From Polymyxa betae A26-41 (lineage: Eukaryota; Protista; Endomyxa: Phytomyxea), in NCBI GenBank assembly GCA_003693705.1, contig RBZT01000578.1, forward strand, positions 62,001 through 126,000: a stretch of 64,000 bases of DNA. Direction: 5' to 3'. Position 1 is the stretch's first letter; each line of letters opens with the position of its first letter. The notes under the pieces were generated by a model that was given only the letters and a program-made list of their open reading frames with translations, did no database searches and was not told where the DNA came from. A program made the translations under genes and the position numbers. Below, one piece after another: positions 10,037 through 21,621 of the stretch.

Positions 10037-12474
10037 ATGGGCCGGGTACAACTTGGTCGTGGTCGATCTCATCGATTGATATTACCACAATCATTAAAGG
10101 ATGAAGTTGCTGATGTCGATCAGGACAGATTTGGTGCAGAGGCGTCTTCAGTTCGTGGTCTAAAACGGGGGAAATCTCGTAAAGAGATTCGTCAGCAGCA
10201 GCGATTACAGAAGAAGCAGAGACGGGCTCAATATAACGAGCGACTTCGGCGCAAACCAACACCGAAATCGGCCGCCGTTGGAAACGCCTCCGACGACGAC
10301 AGTGACGATGATGAGGATGTCATGGAGCCTATTGAAGACGACGATATCGTCGAGGTGGTCCAGAAGCCGCCGCCGAAGAAGAAGAGATCAAAGGCGATGG
10401 AAGAAATCGATCAGGAAATTTTCGAACTTGAAAAGAAACTTGGCGGTGACGGTGACAAACTTCGCCGTGAACTGGATGATGACGGGCTCCTGGACCTGTA
10501 CGACGCCGTCGACGGGGTCCTGTCATCGGGCGCCGCCGCCGCCGACGACCGCAACGCCTTCATTGATAGCGAGGAGGAGGAGGCCCGAACCGAACAGTTC
10601 CGGATCAAGGCCGAGATCCGGAAACGGAAACAGGCGCAGCTGTACGGGGCCGGTACGCCCGACGTCGCCGCCGATGACGCCGACGCCGACACTGGGAAGT
10701 ACGTGCCGCCCGCCCTGCGTGAATCGGCCGGCGAGATCCATGTCCGCAAGGGTCTAACACGGACTGTCGTGGGCCAGCTCAACCGTCTATCGGAATCGAA
10801 TCTCGAACCTATCATGAACTCGATCAAGGTAACGTTGGGGTGTGTGGTTGAAAACCCTCAAACCCTAACCCCTAGCGCTAGGTTCTGTTTGATCGACACC
10901 CGCGTGGTGTTCTGACCGAGATCATCACTGATTGTATCATACAGCTATGCTGTGGATTTGATACAATAGCACCACCTATATCTATATCATTATCAGGTCT
11001 TATTACTGGACTCAATATTGAGGTGGGATCCGAACTCGGCGCCATCTTCTGTGAACGTCTGGCGCGAGCCTTCCAGACGTCATACACGGCGGCCGACCCG
11101 AAACCATCTCTGAATCTGGCCCGATTCGTATCGAATCTGTACACATTCCAGATGGTATCATCCGCTATGATCTATGATCTGATTCGCACCTTCATCTCCT
11201 CATTTACTGAGCTCGATATCGATCTGATTCTCGCTCTGATATCAACCTGTGGTCTGCAATTACGTCGTGATGATCCCGGAGCTCTCAAGGCGATCATATT
11301 ACAGATTCAGGCCAAGACCGCCAGTATTACAGCCACATCCAGAACCGCCTTCGTTCTCGACCTGATCTACGACCTGAAGAACAACAAGCCAAGGCAGATG
11401 AGCGGTCAGCTCGACGCCCTTCGTGCATGGATTCGACAACGATTCCCGGATAGCGACAAGGCCCAGATTCGCGTGGGCTGGCACGACCTGCTGAACTCGG
11501 ACAAAACAGGACGATGGTGGCTAGTCGGATCTGCATGGAAAGGTCGGCAGACAACATTCAGTGGGGAGAAGAGCACGGTCGATCATATTCAGGTTTGGGT
11601 TTAGGGTTTTAGGGTTTAGCGTTGTTTGAGCTCTGTTTTTAGGCGGCCGTTGATAACGCTGGTGATCTATTGAAGCTGGCGAAAGCACGACGCATGAATA
11701 CGGATCTACGTCGGGCCGTATTCTGTGTTGTTATGGGTGCTGCTGATTATCTGGATGCATTTGAGAAGATTGTGAGACTGTCTCTGCGACCTCCTATGGA
11801 TAAGGATGTTGTTGCTGTTATATCTGATTGTTGTGCAAATGAGAAGGTGATCCTGCTTATGTATGAGATGGAATGTAGGCTGACTTCATACACAGGCTTG
11901 GAATCCATATTATGGACATCTTTCAGCTAAACTTTGTTCGTATCAGCGAGCATATAAATTCACATTCCAGTTAGGTAAGGCAATTCTCTCGATTTGGGGT
12001 TCCTCTTTTATTACCGTTTGCATTTTACTGATCGCATGACGGATATTTGAGAATTGTTTTGCGACCGATTTAAGATTGCTTCAATATCCATTGACGTCAA
12101 TCTCAGCGTTCTGTGACCTCTACAAGACATTGGCGAAATCGAACCCAAGACAATTATCGAATTTAGCACATTTGCTGGGACATTTAATATCGGAATTCTA
12201 TATCTCTTTATCACATTTGAAGACTATTGATTTCCTATCACTGGATGCAACCGGCACATTGTTCTTTATGGTCATGTTCAAAACTCTATTAAAATCGCCG
12301 AGAGAAACCATCGGTGGGGTATTTCAGCGTATTTCGGCATCATCACAGCTGGAGCCAGTTCGCGATTCAATCGCTTTATTCTTCAGGAGTCATCTTCGTG
12401 ATCAAGGCCTGGATGAGCAGATTGATCTCGCCCAGCGATGTATGGATAGGACTGATGTTTTAGACACATTGTAA
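10037..12474 (+). CDS. NOM1: Nucleolar MIF4G+MA3 domain protein (NOM1/Sgd1)
   Basis: Motifs GKYVPPALR, VVGQLNRLSESNL, CGLQLRRDDPGALK, GRWWLVGSAWKG, ARRMNTDLRRAVFCVVMGAADYLDAFEK, NPYYGHL and LSNLAHLLGHL. Introns at 10829-10881, 11593-11642, about 11847-11896 and about 11975-12106. Confidence 0.92.
10851..10875 (-). repeat. Telomere-like repeat (C-strand on mRNA) inside intron 10829-10881
   Basis: aaaaccctcaaaccctaacccctag lies just upstream of the AG acceptor. Confidence 0.8.
11593..11619 (+). repeat. Telomere-like repeat forming the 5' half of intron 11593-11642
   Basis: gtttgggtttagggttttagggtttag starts at the donor GT. Confidence 0.85.
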
Positions 12475-12876
12475 TATTACTCAAAATATTCATCAAATTC
12501 GCAAATATCGGACATAAAGTTCACTCCAATCTACATCTGAACTCAAACCATTTCTCTGCAGGAAACAGAATCCGCGAGCAATCTTGCAACCAAAGGGTTA
12601 TCAATTGCATTCGCTTCACCATTTGAATTGGTATGAAACCGCACCTCTCAATTCACAAAAAACAGTCACGTTGAGAAATGTGCGTGATTAAAAGTCGCGC
12701 AATTTTTGATGGAAGCGCGCAGTTTTTCTCATTTCAGCCTATTCGAGCCATGAGTTAAAGATCAAACCTGGCGTTTGATCCTTCAGAAGCCATCTTTGTT
12801 GTTGACCTGACCGGAGACCCAGAGACCGGCTGGTCTCGTCAGCCCCCCAAGATCCTGATTCACCTCACATATCTAC

Positions 12877-15800
12877 ATGGCATATAATGCCGATAGTGAT
12901 TCGGAAGCGTCGTCATGCTCGTCTGGGGGCGCCGGAGGCGGCTTCGTCTGGGGCAATGTCGACAGCACCGGTGCTTTAGAATACGAAGAGAAATCGCGCT
13001 ATCCTGGTATCCTCTCTTACTGATTTTTTCGTGACCTCTGACACAACATTGGTAGCCGAACTACGTGATAATATGGACGATAGCTCGGTGGCTCGCGATA
13101 TCTCCACCAATATTATGAAATCACGAAGCAATCCATCCGAAGGTTCGATGGCGGCAGCGTCGGCTTCGGCTGTTGGTCCGGTTCTATTCCATGACGATTA
13201 TGAACTGGCGCAACGAGCTCGGAATCCGGCTGAATCCAGCGACAGCGAAGATTTCGACGCCGACGATGACGTCATGCCTGTACCTCAGCCGGTGTCGAAC
13301 TTCTTACCTTCATCTCCGGTTTTCATGCCGACGATCACCACCACAACGACCGCCTTCAAACCCAGTCGCGAAGTCGCTCCCGTCTCCAAACCGGCGGGCT
13401 TCAACCCGTTGCCAGTTTTGGGCAGAGACGCCGATGGATCCGAAATTTTGAAGTTTTCGGATATGTACATTGGTGGCGTCGAGCCTTTTATTGAAGGACT
13501 TCTGGTCACACGTCCCATCAAAAAGCTCAGCGTTGCTCCTGAAGGGATTCCAACACATTGGAGGTCAGCTGGAGATGAGGCGGTTTTCTTGGATCCGAGA
13601 AGCGGCGATATTCGCTTAATCGATGTACTGAGATTTATCTGTCAACCGGCCGCTGAACAACAGGTGCCATTCTTTTCGGAGAAGTTCGAGGTCGGTCAGG
13701 TCGTACACCGCTCTGTCGATGGCTTTGATCTCAATGCTCAACTTGACGACTCTACATTCACTCTGGTCGAGCAATTATTATGGGAGAATCAGATCAACTG
13801 GGTCGGTGCAGACCCGGCACCCCAGCCTAACCCGCCATCGCCTGCTCATAGCACTTCATCTCAAACCAATATTGAGACTGCTCCTCAACCGCCTATGGAT
13901 ATTGATTTGGCATGCGATTTGGTCGCTACAAAACCGCCTTCTGTCTCCAATAAGGGCGACTCAATTCCGGTGAATCGATCGGCGATTCGTCTTGTCCTAA
14001 AACGAGGCCAGAGGAGAAGGTCGCCAGCACTGTTGGCCGCTCCCAGTAAGAGTCGCGATCTGGTGCCATTCTTTCCGATTCGAGATCCGGATGCTAAATA
14101 TCGGGGAATCGCCCTTGAACGAGACCGCCTTTGTCCAGTACGAAGATTCAATTTTGATTTCGAGAGCATGTCCTGGCTTGATACAATTGTCTGGGATGAA
14201 TCGGTTCCGAGACGGCCGTCGCTTCTCACATCTCTCATTCTTGATGAAAATGACGATAATATGGTGTTCGGAATGGACAATTCCACCGAGCAGAGAGAGG
14301 CGACCGGCGCGCAAACCGATTCCTTTAATCGATTCAACCTGTCGAAGGACGGCTCCGACCTGTATAAGAAGGCGGACACGGAGGAACGCGCGATCGTCGG
14401 TCGGGCCGCGGTCCAGCACGCCTTGTTCGCTCAAGAATTGTCACGGGTATGCTATTTCCACCTCATCGTCATACCAATCCTAACCGGCTGTATAATCAGC
14501 CTATTTATAAATCGTATTTCACCGAGGAGGAATTACGATGGTTCCATCGTCCTCGTGCTCGTCTGGAATCAGCCTATATTCTATCAAGGCTGGTAGATAA
14601 GACTAAACCCACCGAGTCGTCCAACGCCAGGAAATACGTCCCAAAGAAGGAATCCGAACTGAGCGGCCGCGATGGTCGGGTCATCCTCGCCGAATATGTT
14701 GAGGAGCATCCGCCATTGATCGCTAACATCGGAATGGCCAGCGAATTGATCACTTTCTATCGTCAAAAGGTGCCCAATGTTTCCTTGTTTGCTGTTTATT
14801 CTTGATGAACCACCTTGTTAGACTCATGATGATACCTTCAAACCCACAGTTAATGACGGAGTTGTAAAAATCTTGAATCCCGAGAAGGATGACGAGTCCC
14901 CATTCATCGCTGATGTTCGCTGTGGTTCTGCTGTATCAAGTATGAATTGTAATATGTTCGCGGCGCCCATGTTCGAACATCAGGTTCGTCATGCACAGTC
15001 GCGGTTTGCTCTTTATCCATTGGTTGACTTCAGGTTCAATCTACTGATTTTCTTCTGACACGGAGCGCCAAACGTGCCAACTGGTTCATTCGCGAGATTC
15101 CAGCTCTGTATATCATCGGCCAGATTCAGCCGAAAGTTCAGGTCAAGACGCCAAACGCTCGTGATGCGAACTCAGCTCTTAAAGACATGCTGTCGGTTTT
15201 CATCTACCGCCTGCTTCGGTCAAACCCAAAGTTGAATCATTCCATCGCTCCTGTCATTAAGTCATTAACACACGTGCTTAGGCTGCTCATCGCCGATGTA
15301 TTCGAAGCATTCCCGACACAATCCGAGACGGCAATTCGGGCCAAATTGAAGGAAGTGGCCGATTTCCAACGAGGTGGTCACGAATCCGGATGTTGGATCC
15401 TGAATCCTGAACGCGCCAAACTGCCCTCAATGTCCGCTATTCGCGAGATGGTCACTCCTGAAAACATGTGTGAATATGCCAGTATGAGAGCTGGCCAGCA
15501 TCGCCTTGAAAGTAACGAATTTGATCATCATCCGGGATTCAACTGATCCATAATTTTCCTCTGTAGTCTTGGGCATCGAGGCACTTCTGTTATGGACTCC
15601 TCAACTATCTTCGATCATCAGCAAACTACGATCGGGTTTTTTGAAACGACAGCTTGAATATGTTGAGGAGGAGCTGCAATTGACACCCTGGAATCTGACT
15701 TCCAATTTTGTGTCAGCTCTTCAAGGTCGATGTCTGCTAAAGTTGCAGGGTCCCGGGAATCCATTAGGTCGGGGCGCTGGATTCTCATATATCAAGGCGC

Positions 15801-18294
15801 CGCATCGATTCGAGGCCGACCCGACCGCCCCGAAAATTGCTCCTGCCAAAGCTCTGACGGGAACTGACAAAGTAGAATCATAACGTAACCGTACTGGACC
15901 ATGCTGATGGGTGTATTTAGGATCTTCGGAAATTGAACATGCAGGAGCTGTTCAATGCTTTAGTATCGTTTGGTATTTCAGAGGCGCATGTTAAAGACCT
16001 TCCGCGTTGGAATCGGGTTGGATTGCTCCGTCAGTTATGTTCTGATGCAACATTGAATGGTGAATCGACACAATTTGGACGATTTGCCCGGCAGCAACGT
16101 AACACGAACCGGGTCCAACAGCAGCGCTTTCTGAAGGAGGCCCAGAAGATCTTCATTCGCCAATGCGAAGTGTTGAAGAATCCCGTCCCCGTCAGTCTCG
16201 ACGACAGGTTCGCATTTGCCACTCTCAATGAAAGATGTATCGGATCCAACGTTGGTTTATAGATCGAGTGACGACGAAGCCGATGAATTCGCTGCTGATC
16301 TTGAGGACCTTCTGGAAGATAGGAACGGGTCACTTGATAACAATGACGCCGGAATGCAGAATGAGCAAGCTGAATATGAGAAGTTCATACGCGAGCAGGA
16401 AGAGAAGCGCCGCCATGCCCAGGTATCGCTTCATTCTTCTTGACTTTGACATTGCCAAACGAACATTATTAGACGACTCCTATACCTGGCGACCAGGTCC
16501 CGGAAGGCCATCAGGCTCAAATCGCGATTCCAAATCCGGTTACTGATTCGGCACCGGGCGCTGCAGTTTCCAAGCCGAAAACTATCAAACGACGTCTTCG
16601 CAGACGAGAAGTAATCCCAATCTATCGATTTTGATGAATTGTCTCTGATTGCCATCAGATCATTTGCGATGCGGATGGAGCTGAACGCGAACGAATCACT
16701 TACCTTGACGGTCTGGAATGGATCAAAGCTTATCTCGGTATAATTACTCTTGCATGTTTCTCAATACATCGGTTAATTGTGTGTTTCAGCCGATCAGAAG
16801 GACGGCGGTAATCGCCTCAAAGAACTTGAGGAAAAAACCACATCGGGCGGTCTTGCCGGTCCCAACGCTACTTCCACCGATGCTGCTGCTCCTGGCGCTG
16901 TTTCTGCGAAACCTGGCGAAACCAAACAGGGAGCACGACCGAGAAAAAGGCAAATGGCAACGGAGGCAGTACGACCCTTGAGCCTAACCCTGAACGTTCA
17001 GGTTATTACCGGGTACATCTGGTGTTCGTACAGCACAGAGGCGGTTAAAGGAACTAAGGAATGCTGGAAAGCCTCGTGTGCCGCGAGCTTCACGTCCAAG
17101 ACCGCCTCGGACTCCGGTTCTGGGCCCGAACGGCAAACCCATGGTCAAGTGCAGCTCGTGTCACCAGTTCGGCCATACAAAGTCGAATCGGAAATGTCCC
17201 AACCATCCAGATCACATGGTCTTAAAGGTGACAGATCAGGAATCGAAGGTCACTCTCAGCATCGCTAAGGTTGCATCTCTCTCTAACGATGTTATGGCAT
17301 CAATGCTGATCGTCATGTTAGGTTCCCACTCCGAAACGGAATAGTGGCGAAATGGAGAGTTTGAAACCGGGCGCTGCCGCCGATGGCGAACAGCCGAAAC
17401 CTGCGCCTTCACAATCGCTGAACTCATCGTCGAAGAAAAAGAAGAAACGCGATCGACCGGCTCCGTCCGACAATGCCGATTCTGAGGCTGAACAGCGCGG
17501 GCCGAAACGGCGCGCGTCATTTCGCCGTCGTGGTGATCCGCAAATCACGCTCAGCTCGTTCTTCAACGGGGCTATCGATGCGACCTCGGATGTATTGGGC
17601 GTGCAGACGTTCTGCAAACCAGTCACGGATGATATTGCACCAAATTACTCCAAAATCGTCAAGAATCCTATGTGCTTGGATCTCCTGAAGCAAAAGGTTC
17701 GGTGCCTCATGGCATTTGAGTCTCATCAAATTGAACTGTTCGACGCTATAGGTCCGAAACTGTGAGTACACATCGTGTGCGCAATTCGTCGCTGATCTCG
17801 ACCTAATCCGGTCCAATTCGGCACTGTATAATGGGCCAGAGAACGTCCTCACTGTTCACGCCACCATCGTTGTTGATGCCGCTAAGCGATTCCTAACTAC
17901 GAACGAGAGCGTTATCACCGAGACAGAGCGTCACTTGATCGAGTACCAACAACACCAAAAGCTGCTTTCAAAACTATCCAGCGCTGTCGATACGTTGTGG
18001 ACGCACCAAGATTCGATGTTGTTTAGATTCAATGTCAAGAAGGCCTATGTTCCCGATTATCATTTAAAGATAAAGACGCCGATTAGTTTGGCGACCATGA
18101 AGGAGCGCATTGAACGCGGCGAATACGATTCGCTGCCGGCGTTCCTAAACGATATGAACCTGCTCGTACAGAATGCCGAAACTTACAATGGCATCAATCA
18201 TGCAATTGCCGAGCAGGCCCGTAGGCTACGACAAGCGGCTTTGGAAAAGCTGCACGTCGTACCCGACTCCGAACCTGTAATAATAATAGAATAA
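12877..18294 (+). CDS. TAF1: Transcription initiation factor TFIID subunit 1
   Basis: N-terminal TAND-like GFVWGNVDSTGAL. DUF3591 core motifs ELRWFHRPR, AEYVEEHPPLIANIGMAS, EEELQLTPWNLTSNF and GPGNPLGRGAGFSY. Zinc knuckle CSSCHQFGHTKSNRKCP, then two bromodomains (FCKPVTDDIAPNYSKIVKNPMCL; VPDYHLKIKTPISL...NAETYNG). Confidence 0.93.
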
Positions 18295-18383
18295 GTTTAT
18301 TAATTAGATTCGTTGAATCAAGGTACACGGTGCGTTCGCTCGATATAAAATATCTACCGGTTGTCATCGTCGTCGAAAAATCG

Positions 18384-19994
18384 ATGCCGGCGCCCAACAA
18401 CCGTTTCGATCCGCAATGGGTGGAGTTGATGCCGGAGGCGGGTCGTGCATGGCTCCAGCATGTCGTACTGGGCCTGGTTTTACTGCACCAGAACCAATAT
18501 AATTACTGGATTGAGGTATCCAGCGCTCTTCAGCATCTCAACAATAGCGATCTCACAACCAAGAAACCCGCTTCGGAATCGAAGATCGCTTCGGCGGTGT
18601 CGAAACCGTCACCCGAGCCGAAGATCGCTGTAACATCTCAGAAACCGTCCACCGAATCGAAAGTAGCAGCAGAATTGACGTCGGTTGATGTCGATGAGAA
18701 ATCGTCGAAGAAGGACGGCGGCGGGTTCCTTGTGAAACTGTTCAATCGGAAAGGTCGAGATCGTGATGAAGTCCCTGAACATTTATTACAGCCGGATGAA
18801 GCAGATCAGTTAAACAATATGACAATGGATAGACCCGGGTTTCATAAAACAAGAGTTCGTCATCCAAGGAAGAGTCTCACATCGCCGCTTTTCACATCGC
18901 CGCCGAAACCAGCGCCGGCGTCCTCGCCATCCCCGACCCTGGTTGTCAACAAATCCTCGGATATGGACGATATATCGGACGATGGTTCATTCGACGGTCT
19001 CGATAAAGACATGATGCCGGCGACCTCGAAGACAACCAACGGCGAACCTATTGAGCCCATGGTTGACGATCCTGTTCCTCTATCTGCGCCTATACCGCCG
19101 TCGTCATCACAGCAGGAATCAATGTCGTTCAGTCGGTCATCTCCAGAGTCCAACGGATCTGTCAAGAAGCCCGAGCCCGAACGTGTCGTCACACTCGAAA
19201 CAACCACGACGAAATTGGTCAAGAATTCGTCGGAGAAGTCGACGGCGAAGCCTCGTCCGCCGCCCCAATCGATGGGCGATGGATCCAATCAGGTTGCGGA
19301 TCAGAAAGGCGATCAGAGGCAACAGACTCAAGAATCGATTGAGATCGTTGCGAAATCGGTGAAAGATGACGCCGCTCCCAGGAAGCCACGCCCGCCATCC
19401 GGGCCACCACCACAACCCGCCAGTGACGCCGCCGCCGGGGCCAGTACGCCCCAGCCGGATGCAGCGAACCAGAAAGCACGACAACCCGAATCAGTGAAGG
19501 ACGGCGCCGATCCTGTGAAGAAACCGCGGCCGCCGCCCGGTCCACCACCGGCCAATGCGATGGCGCCGATCAAGGCGACCGAGAACGAGCCGGAGAAAGG
19601 CGCCGCTGCTGGGAAGCCGCTGCCGCCAACGTCGGCGTCCACGAGACCTGCTCAGGTCGAGCCGGAGAAGATGAAGCCAGCGACAAGTTCAAAGTCGAAG
19701 GTGAAAGACGATCAAGATGAGGAGAGATATCGAGGTGGATCTAGACCACCAATGCCTATCATGACGAAACCGCCATCACGTCCGAAAGCGGTAGAGTCGG
19801 AGTCGGCACAGACAGATTCGACGCCGTCGTCAGCGACATCTCCGAAACCGATGCGAATCGGAATGGTGCTGCCGCCCAAGACTGATCTCTCGAATAGGTC
19901 ATTCAGTGCCGTCTGTAGCGAATGTGATTGTAAAGAGTTCGCTCTAAACCCGTTCAAACCTGGTTCTTGTAATAATTGCTTTCATAAACATTGA
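18384..19994 (+). CDS. Proline/serine-rich protein with C-terminal Cys/His zinc-binding motif
   Basis: Long intronless ORF with RPPPGPPP-type repeats, ending CSECDCKEFALNPFKPGSCNNCFHKH. Confidence 0.7.
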   Translation: MPAPNNRFDPQWVELMPEAGRAWLQHVVLGLVLLHQNQYNYWIEVSSALQHLNNSDLTTKKPASESKIASAVSKPSPEPKIAVTSQKPSTESKVAAELTSVDVDEKSSKKDGGGFLVKLFNRKGRDRDEVPEHLLQPDEADQLNNMTMDRPGFHKTRVRHPRKSLTSPLFTSPPKPAPASSPSPTLVVNKSSDMDDISDDGSFDGLDKDMMPATSKTTNGEPIEPMVDDPVPLSAPIPPSSSQQESMSFSRSSPESNGSVKKPEPERVVTLETTTTKLVKNSSEKSTAKPRPPPQSMGDGSNQVADQKGDQRQQTQESIEIVAKSVKDDAAPRKPRPPSGPPPQPASDAAAGASTPQPDAANQKARQPESVKDGADPVKKPRPPPGPPPANAMAPIKATENEPEKGAAAGKPLPPTSASTRPAQVEPEKMKPATSSKSKVKDDQDEERYRGGSRPPMPIMTKPPSRPKAVESESAQTDSTPSSATSPKPMRIGMVLPPKTDLSNRSFSAVCSECDCKEFALNPFKPGSCNNCFHKH

Positions 19995-20584
19995 GCTATA
20001 TAACGCCTATGGTAGCGGGCAATCTGTCTCGTGATCTCGACAATTTGAGAGAGGGGATTGCGTCAGCGCAGCCCTCGCATTTTATAGTGCGACAGTGCCA
20101 AGCACCAAAGGTGCGTACATAAGAAAAGGTCCCATAACTGTACTTGGAATTGTTAAGAGTATATAGGTGCCGGGTGATGCCAATGATTCAGTATCTTTTT
20201 GTCGCTAACCGGCATTCGCAAGTCGCCTTTTACTACCTGCGACCGGTTATCGGTAAACTAAGGATTTCTATTAATCCACTTTTTGGAACAACAATGTGGA
20301 TATCTTTAGGATATCTCCACATCATTTCATAATCAAATAGAATTGTTTCTTCCTTCCTTATTTCAGATAATAATAGTCTCATGAACTAACAAGTTGGTAG
20401 TGTCAGAATTCAGGCAATTCATGAAAGTCTGGCGTGGTTGTTGAAAATTTTGGGAATTTGAATAAAAAATATCCTTTCGGGAACTGGTTGGTTAATTCCA
20501 GATGGAACCACGTTGCTACTCCGTTGGGTTTTTCTATTGAGGAATATCTGGGTTTTATTGAGGGTTTCATACTGGAAGTCGAGC

Positions 20585-21010
20585 CTGGAAAATAACGGAC
20601 ATTGATAGCGAGATCTGTGATCATTGGTAGAATTAAGACTACGACCAGGGCGCCCGGAATATTCGGTGCATCGGCACAGATGTTCAGGGGCAGTACGATG
20701 AAGGTCTCCCATGGCTGTGATCGTCACGATGAGACCAGCCATCTTCCCAATGCGATTAGCTTTTGTTGTATTCAAAGGGATCTGATCTGGGCGTACATAA
20801 CAACAGTGAAGTTCTCTATGAGTGTTATGTTAGATGTGTTTGAGCCAGTTTGATATGAACAGCTGTGTCTCGAGAGACTGAATCTACAATTATTGAATAT
20901 CATGATGGTCCCAGAATAGACGGCAACGTTCACCACAATTATAACCCAAATTATAATGACGTTGAACGACGACTTCCTCGTTCTCCCCGTTTTGATTGTC
21001 TGTAGGTGGT
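20585..21010 (-). pseudogene. Decayed inverted paralog of the 7TM gene at 21622-22595
   Basis: The minus strand gives QIPLNTTKANRIGKMAGLIVTI and, in another frame, FIVLPLNICADAPNIPGALVVVLILPMITDLAINVRYF. These align with QIAPDTPRDNLIGNAMVGFILSI and TIVVPPLNLCVGIPHKVTSLVFVLVLPMLIDFAINIRFF. A deletion/frameshift separates the two blocks. Confidence 0.75.
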
Positions 21011-21327
21011 TATTTTGTTGGAATGAAAATTAACTTGTAACATATTTCATTGTAATCTCCAAGTATATATGTATATATAATGGATCAATATATGGATATG
21101 ATTGTTATATGCATTCAATACATGGCATAGCATACCTATACAAAGCACAGTAAACATACCCGTAGACAGTAGAGGGACATGGAGAATGAGCGCTTTCTAT
21201 ATGGGATGTAATGTTAGGTGATTAGGGTTTTTGATTATGGCATTCGTGTACAGAATGGTTAATTGTCAGTGAGGGTTGTCCACTCGCCCTCCCCGTCAAG
21301 ACAACACCAGACAAGACCGCGCATTAT

Positions 21328-21506
21328 TGGTCATACTACAGTACAAGCCTACCACTGCAATGGTCTCATCCATTACTGTATTGATATTGCCTCGTATAAA
21401 TTCGGACTAAAATGACAAACTGGTCATACTACAAGCATATCACGGGTACTGCTATGGTCTCATCCAGCACTGTATTGATATTGCCGCGTATATACACTGA
21501 CTAAAA
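21328..21506. repeat. Direct repeat, 2 copies with 93 bp period
   Basis: tggtcatactaca...actgc.atggtctcatcca...ctgtattgatattgcc.cgtata...gactaaaa occurs at 21328 and 21421. Confidence 0.85.
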
Positions 21507-21621
21507 GGGCTAGGAATTCGCATATCTGCATGTAAATGACTCATTTGTGATCATATCGATTTCCCAATTTCATGTTTGTAAATATCTCTAACCAGATATA
21601 AATCGGACTCGGCCACGTGGA

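Noticed and set aside
20048-20080. GC-rich hairpin as a possible Helitron 3' end
   Set aside because: There is no downstream CTRR terminus or other element hallmark.
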